A DNA stretch of 64,000 nt. Origin: Okamejei kenojei (Eukaryota). Below, one piece after another: positions 37,680 to 50,334 of this stretch. Position 1 is the first letter of the stretch. Each line of letters opens with the position of its first letter. Location: assembly GCA_035221665.1 (NCBI GenBank), contig CM069162.1, forward strand, positions 25,358,001 to 25,422,000. Direction: 5' to 3'. The position numbers and the translations under genes are program-made. The notes under the pieces are model-generated. The model was not told the DNA's origin. It ran no database searches and was given only the letters and a program-made list of their open reading frames with translations.

Positions 37680-39810
37680 AGTTAATAAAAGAGATTGGTT
37701 AAAGGCAAATAACGTTTGACTGAGGAAACTTCTGAAGAGGTAATGGACAAGGTTGGTTCAGGACATGTGGTAATTATAATTTTGTTTGAGAGCATCCACA
37801 CAAAGGTTGGTTTGGGAAATGACACCTGTGACCTCAGGATCAGTGGCTGCATGAATATGAAATTGGCATTGCGACAAAAGTTAAGAATCATGGTGATCTT
37901 CAGAAATGAAGATGATAGATGTGCTATTCCCCAGGGATCCGTGCAAGGACAAATGCTTTAGTTTCAATCTAAAGTAATGACTGGGATGAGGTAACATTTC
38001 AGAATTTGCATGACAGTAATACACTGCAAAAGGCCTCGACTAAACTGGCACAACAAAGGGAGGTGATATACTTTAACGGGAAGAACATAGACCAAACACA
38101 GAACAGTGGATAATGCTACTACCTCACAGCCCAGTGACACAGAGTCATTGTTGACATTGGACACTACTGTAAATTCCCTCCCCAATATGCAAGTAAATGG
38201 TAAAATAAATTCTAAAAAGTTGGAAATTAATGGACAGCAATAACATGCAATGCCATGAGAAAATAAGACAATGGGGAATTTGTCGAGAGGTTTTTCTGTT
38301 AGGAGCCAACATTAATTTAATGATCCAAATGGTATTTTGTAATAAATAAGTGTGTGACACTGACTTAAGCAGTATTACTCCAAAATACATGAAGTTGGTT
38401 AGAAGATCAGACTTGCTGGGCTAGATGAAACATATAGGAGCTTGGACTTCATAAATACATGAAAAATAGAGATTGTATTGAATCTATATATTACTAAAAC
38501 TCTCATCTTGTTTGTTTGTGATTCTGCATGTGAGTGAGTGAGTGAGATCCCGGAACTACGCCAAAATGGTACACGATAGCGCTACAATGTTTGGACCACC
38601 TTACTCACAATTGTCTTGTGGGGTGTTTTTTTACCAAATTTTGTTCAGATTGATGTTATATTTTACACGTTATTCACATTTTTAACTTTACAAAATCCAG
38701 TTTGAGAAAGAATCACTTGAACACTGCAGTGGTAGTTGAGTGGCAGTCACTGCTATGACGTCACTATGGGATCTCATTTACATAAACTGCTATGAACAGT
38801 GCCCCACCTGACAATGACATCACAGTGAGATCTCATTTACATAAACTGCTCATCAACAGTGTTCCACCCAGTGCAATGAGAGATTTGTTACATTGTTGTA
38901 AGGAGAGGGAGGGGAGGGAAGGAGGAGAAATGTTATTTAAACATTGTGTTTAGTGGGGAAGTTCGATAGGGGAGAGGTGAGGAGTGGGGGAGCAGGGAGA
39001 TGGAGGGAGAGGAGGGGGTAGAGAGGGGAGAGGGGTTATGGATGGAGGGAGGGAGGGAGGGAGGGAGGGAGGGAGGGAGTGGCTGAGGGTAGGGAGTGAC
39101 TGAGGGTAAGGTAAAGGAGAGGGAGGGAATGGAGGAGGAGAGGGGAAAGAAGAGGGAGGGTGAAGAGGAGGGGGAAGGAGTGTATGAGCCACGCCTGTGC
39201 AGTTGGGGGCTATGGGTGAGTGATGGATATTGTGTTGGGGGAACGGGTTGCATTGGGGGAACGTGTGAGTGGTGGAATATTGCATTGGGTGAACGGGGCC
39301 CAACAAGTCCCACTTGGTTTAGTTATTTATAAAACTCTCATTGGACCACAGTTAAAGTGTTGCAATCATCACATTTTAGAAAAACTCCAGAGATTATGTT
39401 AATAAAGATTTGTTAAGAATATTTCCATCGAAGAGGGATTTCCACCATAAAGTTAGAATCTGGGATTGGCTACGCAAAAATTATTGAGCAGAAAACGTTC
39501 AGAGGAGTACTAAATTGTAGCGGATTTAGAAATGGTAACCAGTTGTCCCCATTAACAGATGGCATAAGGACTTGGGACCAGTTATGAGTATACAATACTG
39601 GGTGGGGAGCGATGTGTGGGAGAACTGCTTTGCACAGAATGTAGATGAGGTAGAAAGTAGAACTCGCAGCCTTGAAAGCCAGTGGAAATAATCCGTGATC
39701 AAAGGGATATTATTAGGCAAAAGAAATGAAAAAATGTAAGAGATAGAGCAGAGGGATGGAACTAACTGGGTTCCTCCACAAAGAGTGGACAAAGAGTTGG
39801 TGGACTAGTA
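37680..39810 (+). mobile_element. Old CR1 RT relic interrupted by a Helitron
   Basis: AIPQGSVQG (~37923), degenerate ISKFADD (~37996), and EIVLN|.YKTLIGPQLKCC spanning the 38483-39322 insertion. Confidence 0.6.
38483..39322 (+). mobile_element. Non-autonomous Helitron (~840 bp)
   Basis: 5' TCTATATATTACTAAAA; TTTG/GAGT microsatellites; internal ~60-bp direct repeat (~38752-38870); G-rich tract; degenerate GC-rich 3' hairpin GGGCCCAACAAGTCCC; terminal TTAG (CTAG variant); inserted between A and T with no TSD. Confidence 0.75.
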
Positions 39811-40459
39811 ATGATTCTAAAGTCTGTCAAACTGAGATATGCCATTTATTTTGTGGAAGCTTTAGTTCAGATTTAGAATTGTCAGGTGTAGCGAGGTACA
39901 GTTTTGTACGCTATCCTGTCTGATCAGATAATACTATACATAAATACACTCAAGCCAAACACACGTGCGATAGGTAGAGCAAAGAGGAAGATACAGATTG
40001 CAGAATATAGTTCTCAGCATTGTCATACACCAGTTCTAGAGACAAAGTCCACTGTCCACAAGGGGTAGATGTGTGGGACTGGTTCCTTTGACTTAAATAA
40101 TTCTGATATTCTCACATTTTAAAAACTGAGATATTCCCAAAATATTATAGAAATAGGACAGTCCTTACAAGGTACATAATGGATATAGTTCCCAATTACC
40201 ATAATAAATAAATGGTTCTTATAGTATACAGAACTGAGTATCTCATTCTATTCGAGTATCTAAAGAATGGGATAAGAAGTACATTAAACTCTGATACAAT
40301 AAAAAACAGTGTATAGAACTTGGAAATTAGATATAGAATTAGGATAACTTTAAAACCAATAGACTTAAATATTTTTTGCAATGTATATTGTTGCCATTGT
40401 TCTTACTGTGTATACAACTAGTGTTATCCCTTGTTTGGAACTGCAGAATCATTAAAAAG

Positions 40460-41165
40460 AACAGTGGAGTTGCAAAGGATTAGGGGTCCAAGTACATAAA
40501 TATATAAAGGATGTGTTAAAAAATTAATCACAAATGAATTATGTCTTTTTAAAATTAATGACAGGAGAACAGGGACCGGTGGGGGTGGCAGTTCTGCCAC
40601 TCATAAGATCAGATCTGGTGAACATTGCTCAACGGCACAACCTGTATTGATTTCAAAGTTCCAGCATCTATTCATTAACAGATTGCTTCAGGAGGATTTA
40701 TTGGCCTTGGCAAGTGTGCACCCTGAATTTGTAAAACTATACCTGGACTCCAGGGTGCAGTTAGCACGAGAAACCATAGAAACGATATACTCTTTCGTTC
40801 AATTTAGTAAGTTTAGTGGTAATCATAGTAAAGCTTCAATTGAGCATAAGCATAGACTGATAGAAACTAATTTTGGGGAGGTGTGACTGGGAACATTGTC
40901 AAAATAATAGATCCAAACCTTTGACGTTTGAAGCTAGGCAACACTTCTAAAAGCAGATTGAGGTAGATTAGAAATCTCTTGTACAAATGATAGGCAATGC
41001 TGAGTCAATTGCCCATCTTAAATCTGGAATTAAATAGTTTTTTGTTAATAGAAGGCATTAAGAAATAAGATGGATATGTGGAGTTAAGTCACTAATCAGC
41101 TGTGATCTGACTGAGGAACAAGCTTGAGGGATAATCGGGCTCCTTCTGTTCCTACATTCCCTTGT
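40460..41165 (+). mobile_element. Old CR1 3' relic
   Basis: LGVQVHK motif and CR1-type 3' UTR 'atcagctgtgatctg..gagg..gctccttctgttcctac'. Confidence 0.55.
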
Positions 41166-42789
41166 TTGTGTGGTTTGATTGTCCCTGTTATGAATTGAAC
41201 TCTGGATCTGTTACAGTAAGCAGATATTTTCTACAATGTGTAAAGCTGTCTTAGCTTTTGTATATTGGATGTCCCCAGAGAGCGTAGAACTGGGATATTC
41301 CTACATCTGGAGCACAATATCTAGATCTAGAATAGATGCTGCAGGATGTGGAATTGTGGAGTTCCTGCAGAATATTTAGCAGAGATTGTCCCTGTAGCAT
41401 ACGGATCTGAGGTAGTCCTAATGCTGTTCTGCACTGCACATTTGCAGGCTTTGTAGAGCCCTCCGTGTATGGAACTAAACAGTTCATACAGAGTGCAAGA
41501 CCAGGAAAGTTCCTAAATTGTGTTAGACTGAACATGTATAAAATGTTTAGAAAACTGCAATCATTCCCACAGTTTACAAAAGTGGGATTGTTCCAATGTA
41601 ATAGAATATGTTTCCCTGGTCCTGAGAACTAGAATTATCACCATTCTCTGCATTACTGTGGTTGAATTCAATGAATGAAACTAATATTCCTTCAGTTTAT
41701 AGAATTGGGATGGTTCATTGAGTGTGTGGAAGTTACACATCACTCTGTAAAACTGGGATATGGTATCCCAGGCAGATGTGGAAGTGGGTTTATCCCTGTA
41801 TTATATTGAATTGGGATTATTGCTGTGACATTTTGAATGGGGGGTATAGATCAGGAGAAGCCCTGAAGTATAAATAATTCTGAATCTCATAGCATGTACA
41901 GCTGGGATAGATTCCAATGTATGTAAGAACGGAAGAGCTCCCATACTGCAATAAAAAGACCACACAGATTATAAAACTGTATGTAAACTGCAATAGTCCT
42001 TACAGTATACAACACTAAGTTGGTTGCTACATTTTGAAAGAGTTTTAGAACTGAAAGGGTTAAGGGTGTACGGGCAGAGGAGGAACTTTAACTTTCATAA
42101 AATAGTTATCTCCACATTTGCAGAATGAGTTGGGCATTTTAAAGTGGGATAATTTCAATTCATCTCACCCTGAAAGAACCAGATTGAGATTGCCCTAGTC
42201 GTGTGTGCAATAGTGTACAGCGCTGAGTTAATACAATTTGGAAAGCTGGATAGGTTCTGGACTGTACAGAACAACACCAGTCCACACAATGTGAACATGC
42301 TGTTCGAATAGTTCATACATCTGGCACAATCTGTACAAAGTCCAGTATTAACCAAAGGACCCAATCGGACCTGGAGTGTTTAGAAATAGGTTTGTGGAAT
42401 GGGTGCAGTTCCTCCATGACTTGGAATTGGTACAGTGCCTTCATTATAGACAACACATGTGTTCTCTCTGCTTATGAAGCAGGTATGGTCCATCCACCGT
42501 AGGACAGGTGCTACTTCTCCACACCATTGTAATGGTATCTTATGTCCATTTTAGGGAATAGGGTGCAATTCCTACACTACGGACCCGGGGAGGATATATA
42601 TCCTCTGCTACATGGATATGCAGTCATCCAGATATTGGTCAGTTGTAGTCCCTCCAACGCATAGAACACATTCGCCAACATTTCTGCCAAATTCAACATG
42701 ATCCCACCAACAGTCCATGCCCCACCGCTTTGTTTTTCTGTAGAGACCACTCTTTTTATAACTCCTTAATTTGCTGATCCCTTCCCACC

Positions 42790-43545
42790 TAACACACACC
42801 CTTCTCCATGCTGTTTCCTCAACACGTGTCCCTGCACCTCCTCTACCACTTCCACCCAGAGACCCCCAGCATCACATCCAGATGAGACATAGATCCACGT
42901 GCACCTCCTCCCAACCTTGTCTATTGCATTCAGTGCCCCCGATGTGGCCTTTACATTGCAACCGTTGGCGAGCTGTCGACTTGCTAACCATGTTCCCAAC
43001 CCCACACTGGCCTCCTCCTCTGCCAGAGTGAGGCCACACGCAAACTGGGGGAACAGCACCCTCATATTCCGTTGACGTAGCTTACAACCCAATGGTATGA
43101 ACATTGAATTCTCCAATTCAAGTAGTAAGCCCTTGACACCTCCCTGTTCTCACTTCCCCCCGCCCCCTACCAGTGCGCAAACATCTCCCACCACCCCAGT
43201 AACTCATCGTCAAGTCCCATATTTCCTTTCATCCCTTTCCCCTCCCCCTGTACTGTTCTACCCCTATCCCTCCCTCTGGATATCTGACATCCTTTTATCT
43301 TCTTTTGCTCTGTAGCCTTTGTCACTTATTCCACCCATCAGCCAATTAACCCCCACCCCCCTCACTTGAGTCCAACTATCACTTGTCAAACTCTGTCCTA
43401 CTCCCTCTCTCTTTTGTAGCTTTCTCCGCCCTTTTCCATCAGTCTGAAGAAAACGTAAAGACCCGAAACGTCGCCTGTCCGTCCGTTCCGTTCACCGATG
43501 CTGCTTGACCCGCTGAGCTCCTCCAGCACTTTGTGTTTTGCTTAC
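42790..43545 (+). mobile_element. Penelope-like element: GIY-YIG endonuclease relic plus pLTR
   Basis: Frameshifted TCTSS.NLVYCIQCPRCGLYI, CQSEATRKL.EQH.IFR..SLQPNGMNIEFSN, then pLTR with hammerhead-like CTGAAGA..GAAACGTC at 43444-43472. Confidence 0.85.
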
Positions 43546-43929
43546 ACAGCAATGTTGCGTTCTCCGCAGTAGCGGGCATTGTCCCTCGCCAAATGGAGAT
43601 GTATGCCCCCTCTCCTTTATAGAAATGCCATTATACGAGATGCGCAGGTCGCTACTCTGTCGTGCTGAAGTAGTCTTTGCTTCAAGACCGCGCGCAGTGT
43701 AGAACTGGCAGAGTCCTAATGCTGAAGAATGAGTTGAGCCGACTGGTGACTGGAGTACCTGCAACTGGGATATTCCCTGCATTATCTATCACCTGAGAAG
43801 TTCCCGTAGCTTTTAGAAGCGGCATGTTCCCTGCAGTGTGCAGACTGTGTGCAAGCGGTCTGTGATACCCTTCAGACCGGCGGAGATGGTCAATGTTTAA
43901 AACGCGTTCATCCAATCTGAGTCAAGCGA

Positions 43930-44770
43930 TCAGCTCACTTCCTCAATCTGTGGCAACTTGTGGTGTGCCGGCCCCGGCCCACAGAGGCGGGGAACCGCCA
44001 GTGGAGACGGTGCAGACAGGCAGGCGGTTCGTCCGCCAGTAACGGGACTGGTGAGGCGACGGGTGGCACGGAGTCAGGAGGCAGGAGCCAAGGAGACACA
44101 GGGAACTGCAGATGTTGGAATCTTGAGCAAAACACAAAGAGTTGGAGGAACTCAGCGGGTCAGGCAGCATCTGTAGGCGGCATTTTGGGTCGGGCCCTTC
44201 GGACTGATGGAGGGGAGGGGGGGGGGGGGGGGGGGGGGAAAAAAAGATGGGGAGTGGAACAAAGCCTGGCAAGTGATACACGTGAGGGGGGAGCGGAACC
44301 CTGACCTTCCTTATTGAAGCCATTCGGACACCCAGCCGACCGCCGTTTACGCCGGCCCCCGGAGGAGTGGAGGCCAACAGAGGGGGACCCGCAGGAGGCG
44401 AGCAGAGGTGGTGACTCCCCGGACTCCAGAGCCTGGTTCCCGCAGCTGACGCAAACAGCGCCGCTCAAGAGCCCGGGGAGCCGGCGCTGACTTCAGCTCG
44501 CTCGCACTTTACAGGAAGGCGTGTTTCCTGCAGCTACTTGCGACGGCAGGAAACCGGTTAGGAGGCGGATGTATTTGGCGGAGAGTAAATCAGGTTCTTG
44601 GCGGAGAGTAGATCATGTCTCGGTGAACAGACGCAGTGGCGTTTGTTACCGGAGCCGCTGTCCCACTCGGTCTCACACTCCTTGCTTCCTTGGACACATT
44701 TCATCGGCTTCAGATGAACACTTTGTGACAACTTTACCGACTGCCACAAATCCGACGTTATTTGTACTTT
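43930..44770. promoter_or_regulatory. CpG-rich island (split by a Penelope-derived repeat at 44092-44282)
   Basis: High CpG density; tandem TTGGCGGAGAGTA x2. Confidence 0.4.
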
Positions 44771-45349
44771 AAAAAAAAGCCCAATGCTGGAGGAATTCTG
44801 CAGGTCAGGCAGCATCGCTGGGGAACATGGAGAGGTGGCGTTCGGGTCGGGTCCGAAAAGGGGTCCCGATTCGAAATATCACCCATCCATGTTCTCTAGA
44901 GATGTTGCCTGACCCGCTGAGTTGCTCCAGCACTTTGTGTCTTTTTTTCTCCTCCCTTCAAGATTGTTACTGGGCTTGACAAGGTGGGTGCAGGGATGAT
45001 GCTCTTGCCCGGAATCTCCACAACAAGAAATCAAAACCGAGGTGTGAATGTTTCTTAATGAATCTTTGGAATTCTCGACCCAAGGCCCCGTGGACCTCAG
45101 TTGCCGAGTACAGTCGAGGCAGAGAATGATAATTGTTTTGTAATACGAAGGGACTGTGGGATGTGGGGTTAGTGCAAGAAAGTGGTGCCGAGCTAATGGT
45201 TCAGGCGCGTTCATATTGAATGGCCGAACAGGCACAGGCGGCTTCCAGTTCTTAACCATCCAGGAATGCGGTGAGATTTCTGAATCACGGCTACTATGTG
45301 CGAAAGGCAAACAATCCACTGATCCCACCAACCTACCCATCACGTTCTC

Positions 45350-45377
45350 CTGAAGAAGGGTTTCGGCCCGAAACGTC
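45350..45377 (+). ncRNA. Minimal hammerhead ribozyme core (Penelope-associated)
   Basis: CUGAAGA-A-GGGU UUCG GCCC-GAAACGUC: intact CUGANGA and GAAA boxes, 4-bp stem II with UUCG loop, palindromic ACGU stem III, GUC cleavage triplet. Confidence 0.7.
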
Positions 45378-46224
45378 GCCTATTTCCTTCGCTCCATAGA
45401 TGCTGCCTCACCCGCTGAGTTTCTCCAGCATTTTTGTCTACCTTCGATTTTCCAGCATCTGGATCCTGACTCATTCACCTCAGCGCCCACAGAATCACAG
45501 TGGAAAGTGTTGCCTTTACCCCCAAATACTCCCCACACAAGACCAATGGATAGTTCACTTTCCTATGTGAGTTTTTTGATCTACATTTTTTTCCCTCACA
45601 GACGCTGCTTGACCTGCTAGGTTTTCCCCCCAGTATTTTCTATTTTTATATGAATTCCTTGTAGATCCTTCCTATATCTTGTCTAAATATACCGTGGAAT
45701 CTGTCCACGGCGTTCTTCATTCTCTACATATTCACCAACATCGGCGGTGCCTTGTTTCTTTCTGTGTTTTGCTCTTTATGTCTGTTGCAGACAACGAGCC
45801 CGGAGCGCTGGCGCTGGCGCTGCCGCTGGCGAACCACCAATTGATTGAAACTTCCCGCCCGCAGCCCGAGGAGAGACCGCTGCGAGTCACATGCTCTTTA
45901 TTAATTAACGAGCAAGTTGATAAACAAAGGCCACTCCCGACGCGGGACATTCATGCAGATATCAGCAGCGTTAGTTTCGGAAAACTTCCCTCTATTTTCG
46001 TTCGTGAATTCTCTCCCATTGTAGATTTGAGGCTGTTCCCCGATCTCAGTTCACGTACTCAGCTTCTTATAAGAGTCTCGACGATTGTATTTATGATTAT
46101 AGTATTGACTGATTAGATTGGATCGCAGGCAAAACAAAGCTTTTCATTGTACTTCGGTACACGTGACAATAATAGACTCAAACCCAAATCAGATTCACTC
46201 CGATAAAGTTTGATTCCTGCACAC

Positions 46225-46406
46225 GGGATGGATGTAAGAGAGAGTTGGATAGAGCTCTAGGGGCTGGTGGAGTCAAGGGATATGGGGAGAAGGCAGGCAC
46301 GGGTTATTGATTGGGGCCGATCAGCCATGATCACAATGAATGGCGGTGCTGGCTCGAAGGGCCGAATGGCCTCCTCCTGCACCTATTTTCCATGTTTCTA
46401 TGTTTC
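46225..46406 (+). mobile_element. Young CR1 3' terminal fragment
   Basis: KRELDRALGAGGVKGYGEKAGTGY* followed by 3' UTR and CTATGTTT-type tail. Confidence 0.88.
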
Positions 46407-46740
46407 GCACTGCTGGACTAAATTCTTCGGAGTTTGAAATAAAGGAAGGGTGATCTTATCGAAATAACTTAGGGGACATGGTTGGATGAATGTTGAGATC
46501 ATTCTGCATATGGGAAGGTCTTGAGCAAGGAGAGAAACATCGTTATGAGATGTACCTCAGTACACGTGACAATAAACTAAGCTAAACTAAACTAAACTAA
46601 GATGGTGCTCTCTGAAAACAGAGGCGTACAGGAACCTCTTGCATTTGAATCTCTGGGATTTGGAGCCCCAGAGGTTTGTGGAGATTATTGGAGAAGGTTG
46701 ATAGGTAATCGTTTTGAAGCATCAAAGAACTGAGTGTAGA

Positions 46741-46920
46741 CACAAAATGCTGGAGTAACTTTGTGGGTGGGGCAGCATCTGGAGGGAAGGAATGGGCGAC
46801 GTTTCGGGTCGAGACCCTTCTTCGACCCGATTCCTTCCCTCCAGAGATGCTGCCCCACCCACAGGTAACTCCAGCATTTTGTGACTACCTTCGAGATAAA
46901 CCAGCATCTGCAGTTCTTTC
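46741..46920. mobile_element. Foldback (inverted) Penelope-derived repeat
   Basis: Arms at 46741-46793 and 46830-46883 are reverse complements around a hammerhead remnant. Confidence 0.8.
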
Positions 46921-47169
46921 ACACAGAGAGTGATGTGTCGCTGGAACTCTCTGCCGCAGAGGGTAGTTGAGGCCAGTTCATTGGCTATATTTAAGAGGGA
47001 GTTAGATGTGGCCCTTGTGGCTAAGGGGACTAGGGGGTATGGAGAGAAGGCAGGTACGGGATACTGAGTTGGATGATCAGCCATGATCATATTGAATGGC
47101 GGTGCAGGCTCGAAGGGCCGAATGGCCTACTCCTGCACCTAATTTCTATGTTCTATGTTTCTATGTTTC
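46921..47169 (+). mobile_element. Young CR1 3' terminal fragment
   Basis: TQRV..WNSLPQRVVEASSLAIFKRELDVALVAKG followed by 3' UTR and TTCTATGT repeats. Confidence 0.9.
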
Positions 47170-47499
47170 TTCGACAAAGACTGAGGGTGATGTGAAACTG
47201 GCATAGAACTGACATAGAAAATGAGATGAGGCCAAGGACAGACCAGCACGATTATATTCAATGGAGGGGATCAAGAGGGAGGTCTGAGAGACCTATTCCT
47301 GCTCCTATTTTTTTGTATTCTTGTGTGACATGTTATGGTTGTGGCAGCACATAACCTTGAGTGACTGAGTGTGGTCACAAAGATTATATTTGCCTGAATT
47401 GTCGCATTAAGAAACACAAACCTGATCTTATACAGGCTTCCATGATCAACCCTATTTTGAATTCTCCAAATTCACTGTTAAGCTAAATGGCCCTCTCCC

Positions 47500-47670
47500 A
47501 GATCAACATACCCAGTCCTCAGACCACAGTTACATATTGCTTGCATGCCCAGAACTAGACTCCTAACACAGGCAGTCTGTTCCATGCCCTCTCACAGAGA
47601 GATGTCCAGGTGGACAGAGGAGGAGATTCAAGGAACATGCTCAAAGCCTCCTTGAAAAGAAGGATCCCAA
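47500..47670 (+). mobile_element. RTE-type LINE C-terminal relic
   Basis: PGGQRRRFK..MLKASLKR motif (frameshifted). Confidence 0.5.
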
Positions 47671-49265
47671 GACACTGCCACCGGGTGTTGAAGGAATTAA
47701 GAGTGCAGCAGTGTTGAGGGAGTCTTGAGTCTCTAGTGGGGTGGTCTTTGTCAATTGCGTTAGTGGGGAGTGCAGCAATACTGAAGGGTTGGCAAGTGCA
47801 GCAGCACTGAAGTAGGAGCAGGTTTAGCCATGCGAAAGCAACATAGTACATTGGGGAATTGATGCAGCAGTGAATGTCAGCAGTACTGAGCAACTGCAAC
47901 ATTTTGGATGGAGCAGCAAGGGCAGCAATACTGAGTGAGTCGTGGCCACAGTAGAATAAATGAAGATGTAATATTGCAAAGAATTGGAAGCAGGTGTGTA
48001 GCAGTATTGAGGGGGAAGACTGTCCTGAGATCTGGGTCTCAGTGATGATGGAGCAATGAGTAGAAAGCTTTGAAGAAGAAGCAGTGTTGAGGGGGCAAGG
48101 AGAGCAGCAGGTGTGAGAAAGTACCCTGAACCACAGAGCTGATGCATGAACGAGTGTAACTACGTTTTAGAAGGAACTGCAGATGCTGGAAAATCGAAGG
48201 TGGACAAAAATGCTGAAGAAACTCAGCAGGTGAGGCAGCATCTATGGAGCGAAGGAAATAGGCAACGTTTTGGGCCAAAACCCTTCTTCAGTTGTGAATG
48301 CTACAAGAGTGAGCAGTGCAAAATGAGTGCTTGCACTGGGACTGAGAATGTGACATAACAGTGAACCCTCAATACTGCTGCACTCACAACATGCTCACAC
48401 TGTATCACTTGCTGCTCCCATAATAATCATGCAGTCAATGCTGTCCCAGTACCATTGCACTTCATTCTCCACACCACTCTTTCTTCCCAAGTGCAATGCT
48501 CCCTCCTCACTGCTGTGGGAGTTGTGGGTGCAGCCACATGGGAGGAGCGTGTTGCACATAGTCTGGGAATGAGACAGCAATGAAAAGGTCTGCACTGCCA
48601 CATTGCTGCCTTACAAGGTGACGGTCCCAGCATTATATACAATAATTCACTCAAACTTCATTCTGGGCTGCTTTTTTTAAATTCTGAGCTAAATATGGCC
48701 ATAATGCTCCAAACACCTACATGTCAGGGATGATGGCTGAGCAATAGAATATTGCCAATATTACACCCTTGCTGAAAACAAAACAGTACAAATTGACCAG
48801 TCAGTTTAACCTTGGTGGTGGATAATGTTCTGGAAACAATAATCAGGGACAGAATTTGCCACCGCTCAAGTAAGCGTGGATTGATAAAGTCATCTAGTAA
48901 GGATGTGTTTAGGCAAATCAAGTTTAATTAACTTAATGGAGTTTTTTTGTTGAAGTAACAGAGAGAATAGATGAGGGAAGTATTGCTGGGCTGGTGTTTG
49001 GATGTTATTAAAGTGCCACACAATGAACTCGTCATCAAGATTAAAGTTCATAGAATGAAAAGGACAGTAGCAGCCTGGATAGAGAGTTGACTCTGTGACA
49101 GGAAACACAGCGGCAGTGAACGTCTGCTTTTTGGACTGCGAAGAATTGTACAGTTGGTTTCTCAGAGTCATCCAGCAGGGAAACAGGCTCTTCGACCCAA
49201 CTCGTCCGTGCCGAACAAGATTCCCCATCTAAGCTAGTCCTATTTGACGCTGTTTCTCCGGAGGT

Positions 49266-49750
49266 TAGAAACATAGAAACATAGAAAATAGATGCAGGAG
49301 TAGGCCATTCGGCCCTTCAAGCCTGCACCGCCATTCAATATGATCATGGCTGATCATCCAACTCAGTATCCTGTACCTGCCTTCTCTCCATACCCCCGAT
49401 CCCTTTAGCCACAAGGGCCACATCTAACTCCCTCTTAAATATAGCCAGTGAACTGGCCTCAACTACCTTCTGTGGCAGAGAATTCCAGAGACTCACCACT
49501 CTCTGTGTGAAAAATGTTTTTCTCATCTCAGGCCTAAAAGACTTCCCCCTTATCCTTAAACTGTGAACCCTTGTTCTGGACTTCCACAACATCGGGAACA
49601 ATCTTCCTGCATCTAGCCTGTCCAACCCCTTAATAATTTTGTACGTTTCTATTAGATCCCACCTCAATCTTCTAAATTCTAGCGAGTACAGGCCGAGTCT
49701 ATCCAGTCTTTCTTCATATGAAAGTCCTGACATCCCAGGAATCAGTCTGG
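49266..49750 (-). mobile_element. Young CR1 LINE 3' fragment
   Basis: ORF 49344-49733 (GLSYEERLDRLGLYSLEFRRLR..TQRVVSLWNSLPQ) plus (TAGAAACA)n tail. Confidence 0.93.
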
Positions 49751-50334
49751 TTGGTAAAAGGGCTGTGTCTTTTCTGAATGTATCATAAAGATTTTGTTAC
49801 TGTTTACAAATTTGCAAATGAGACAAAACCCGTGGGGAAAGGGGACAGCGAGGAGGATAGCAGTAGGCTTTAGGGAAATATGAAGAGGCAGGTTGAACAG
49901 ATGGACGTGGCAGATGAAACTTAATGCTGGGAAATGTGAAGTGTTACATTTTGATGGGAAGAGCAAGAAGAAAGGATAACAAAGTGGAGGTGGCAATTAT
50001 TAAAAGGATATAAAAACCCTGGGATCTGTGGATACATGTGTGTGGAAACACAAGGAACTGCAGATGCTGGTTTAGAAAATAACACGATGTGCTGGAGTAA
50101 CTCAGCGGGTCAGGCAGCATCTCTGGAGGGCATGCATAGAGGCATTTTGGGTCAGGACCCTTTTGCAGACTGCTAGTAGGAGAGGGTAGAAATCTGGAAA
50201 AGAGATGGGGCAAGACATGTGTATGGTTTGCTGAAAGAGCAGGACGGGTTGCAAAGTTAGGATGATATTTTATGAAACTGGTTCATCCACAATACAGTAA
50301 TGGGTGTTGTGTTTTAGAAATATGGGAAGGACTT

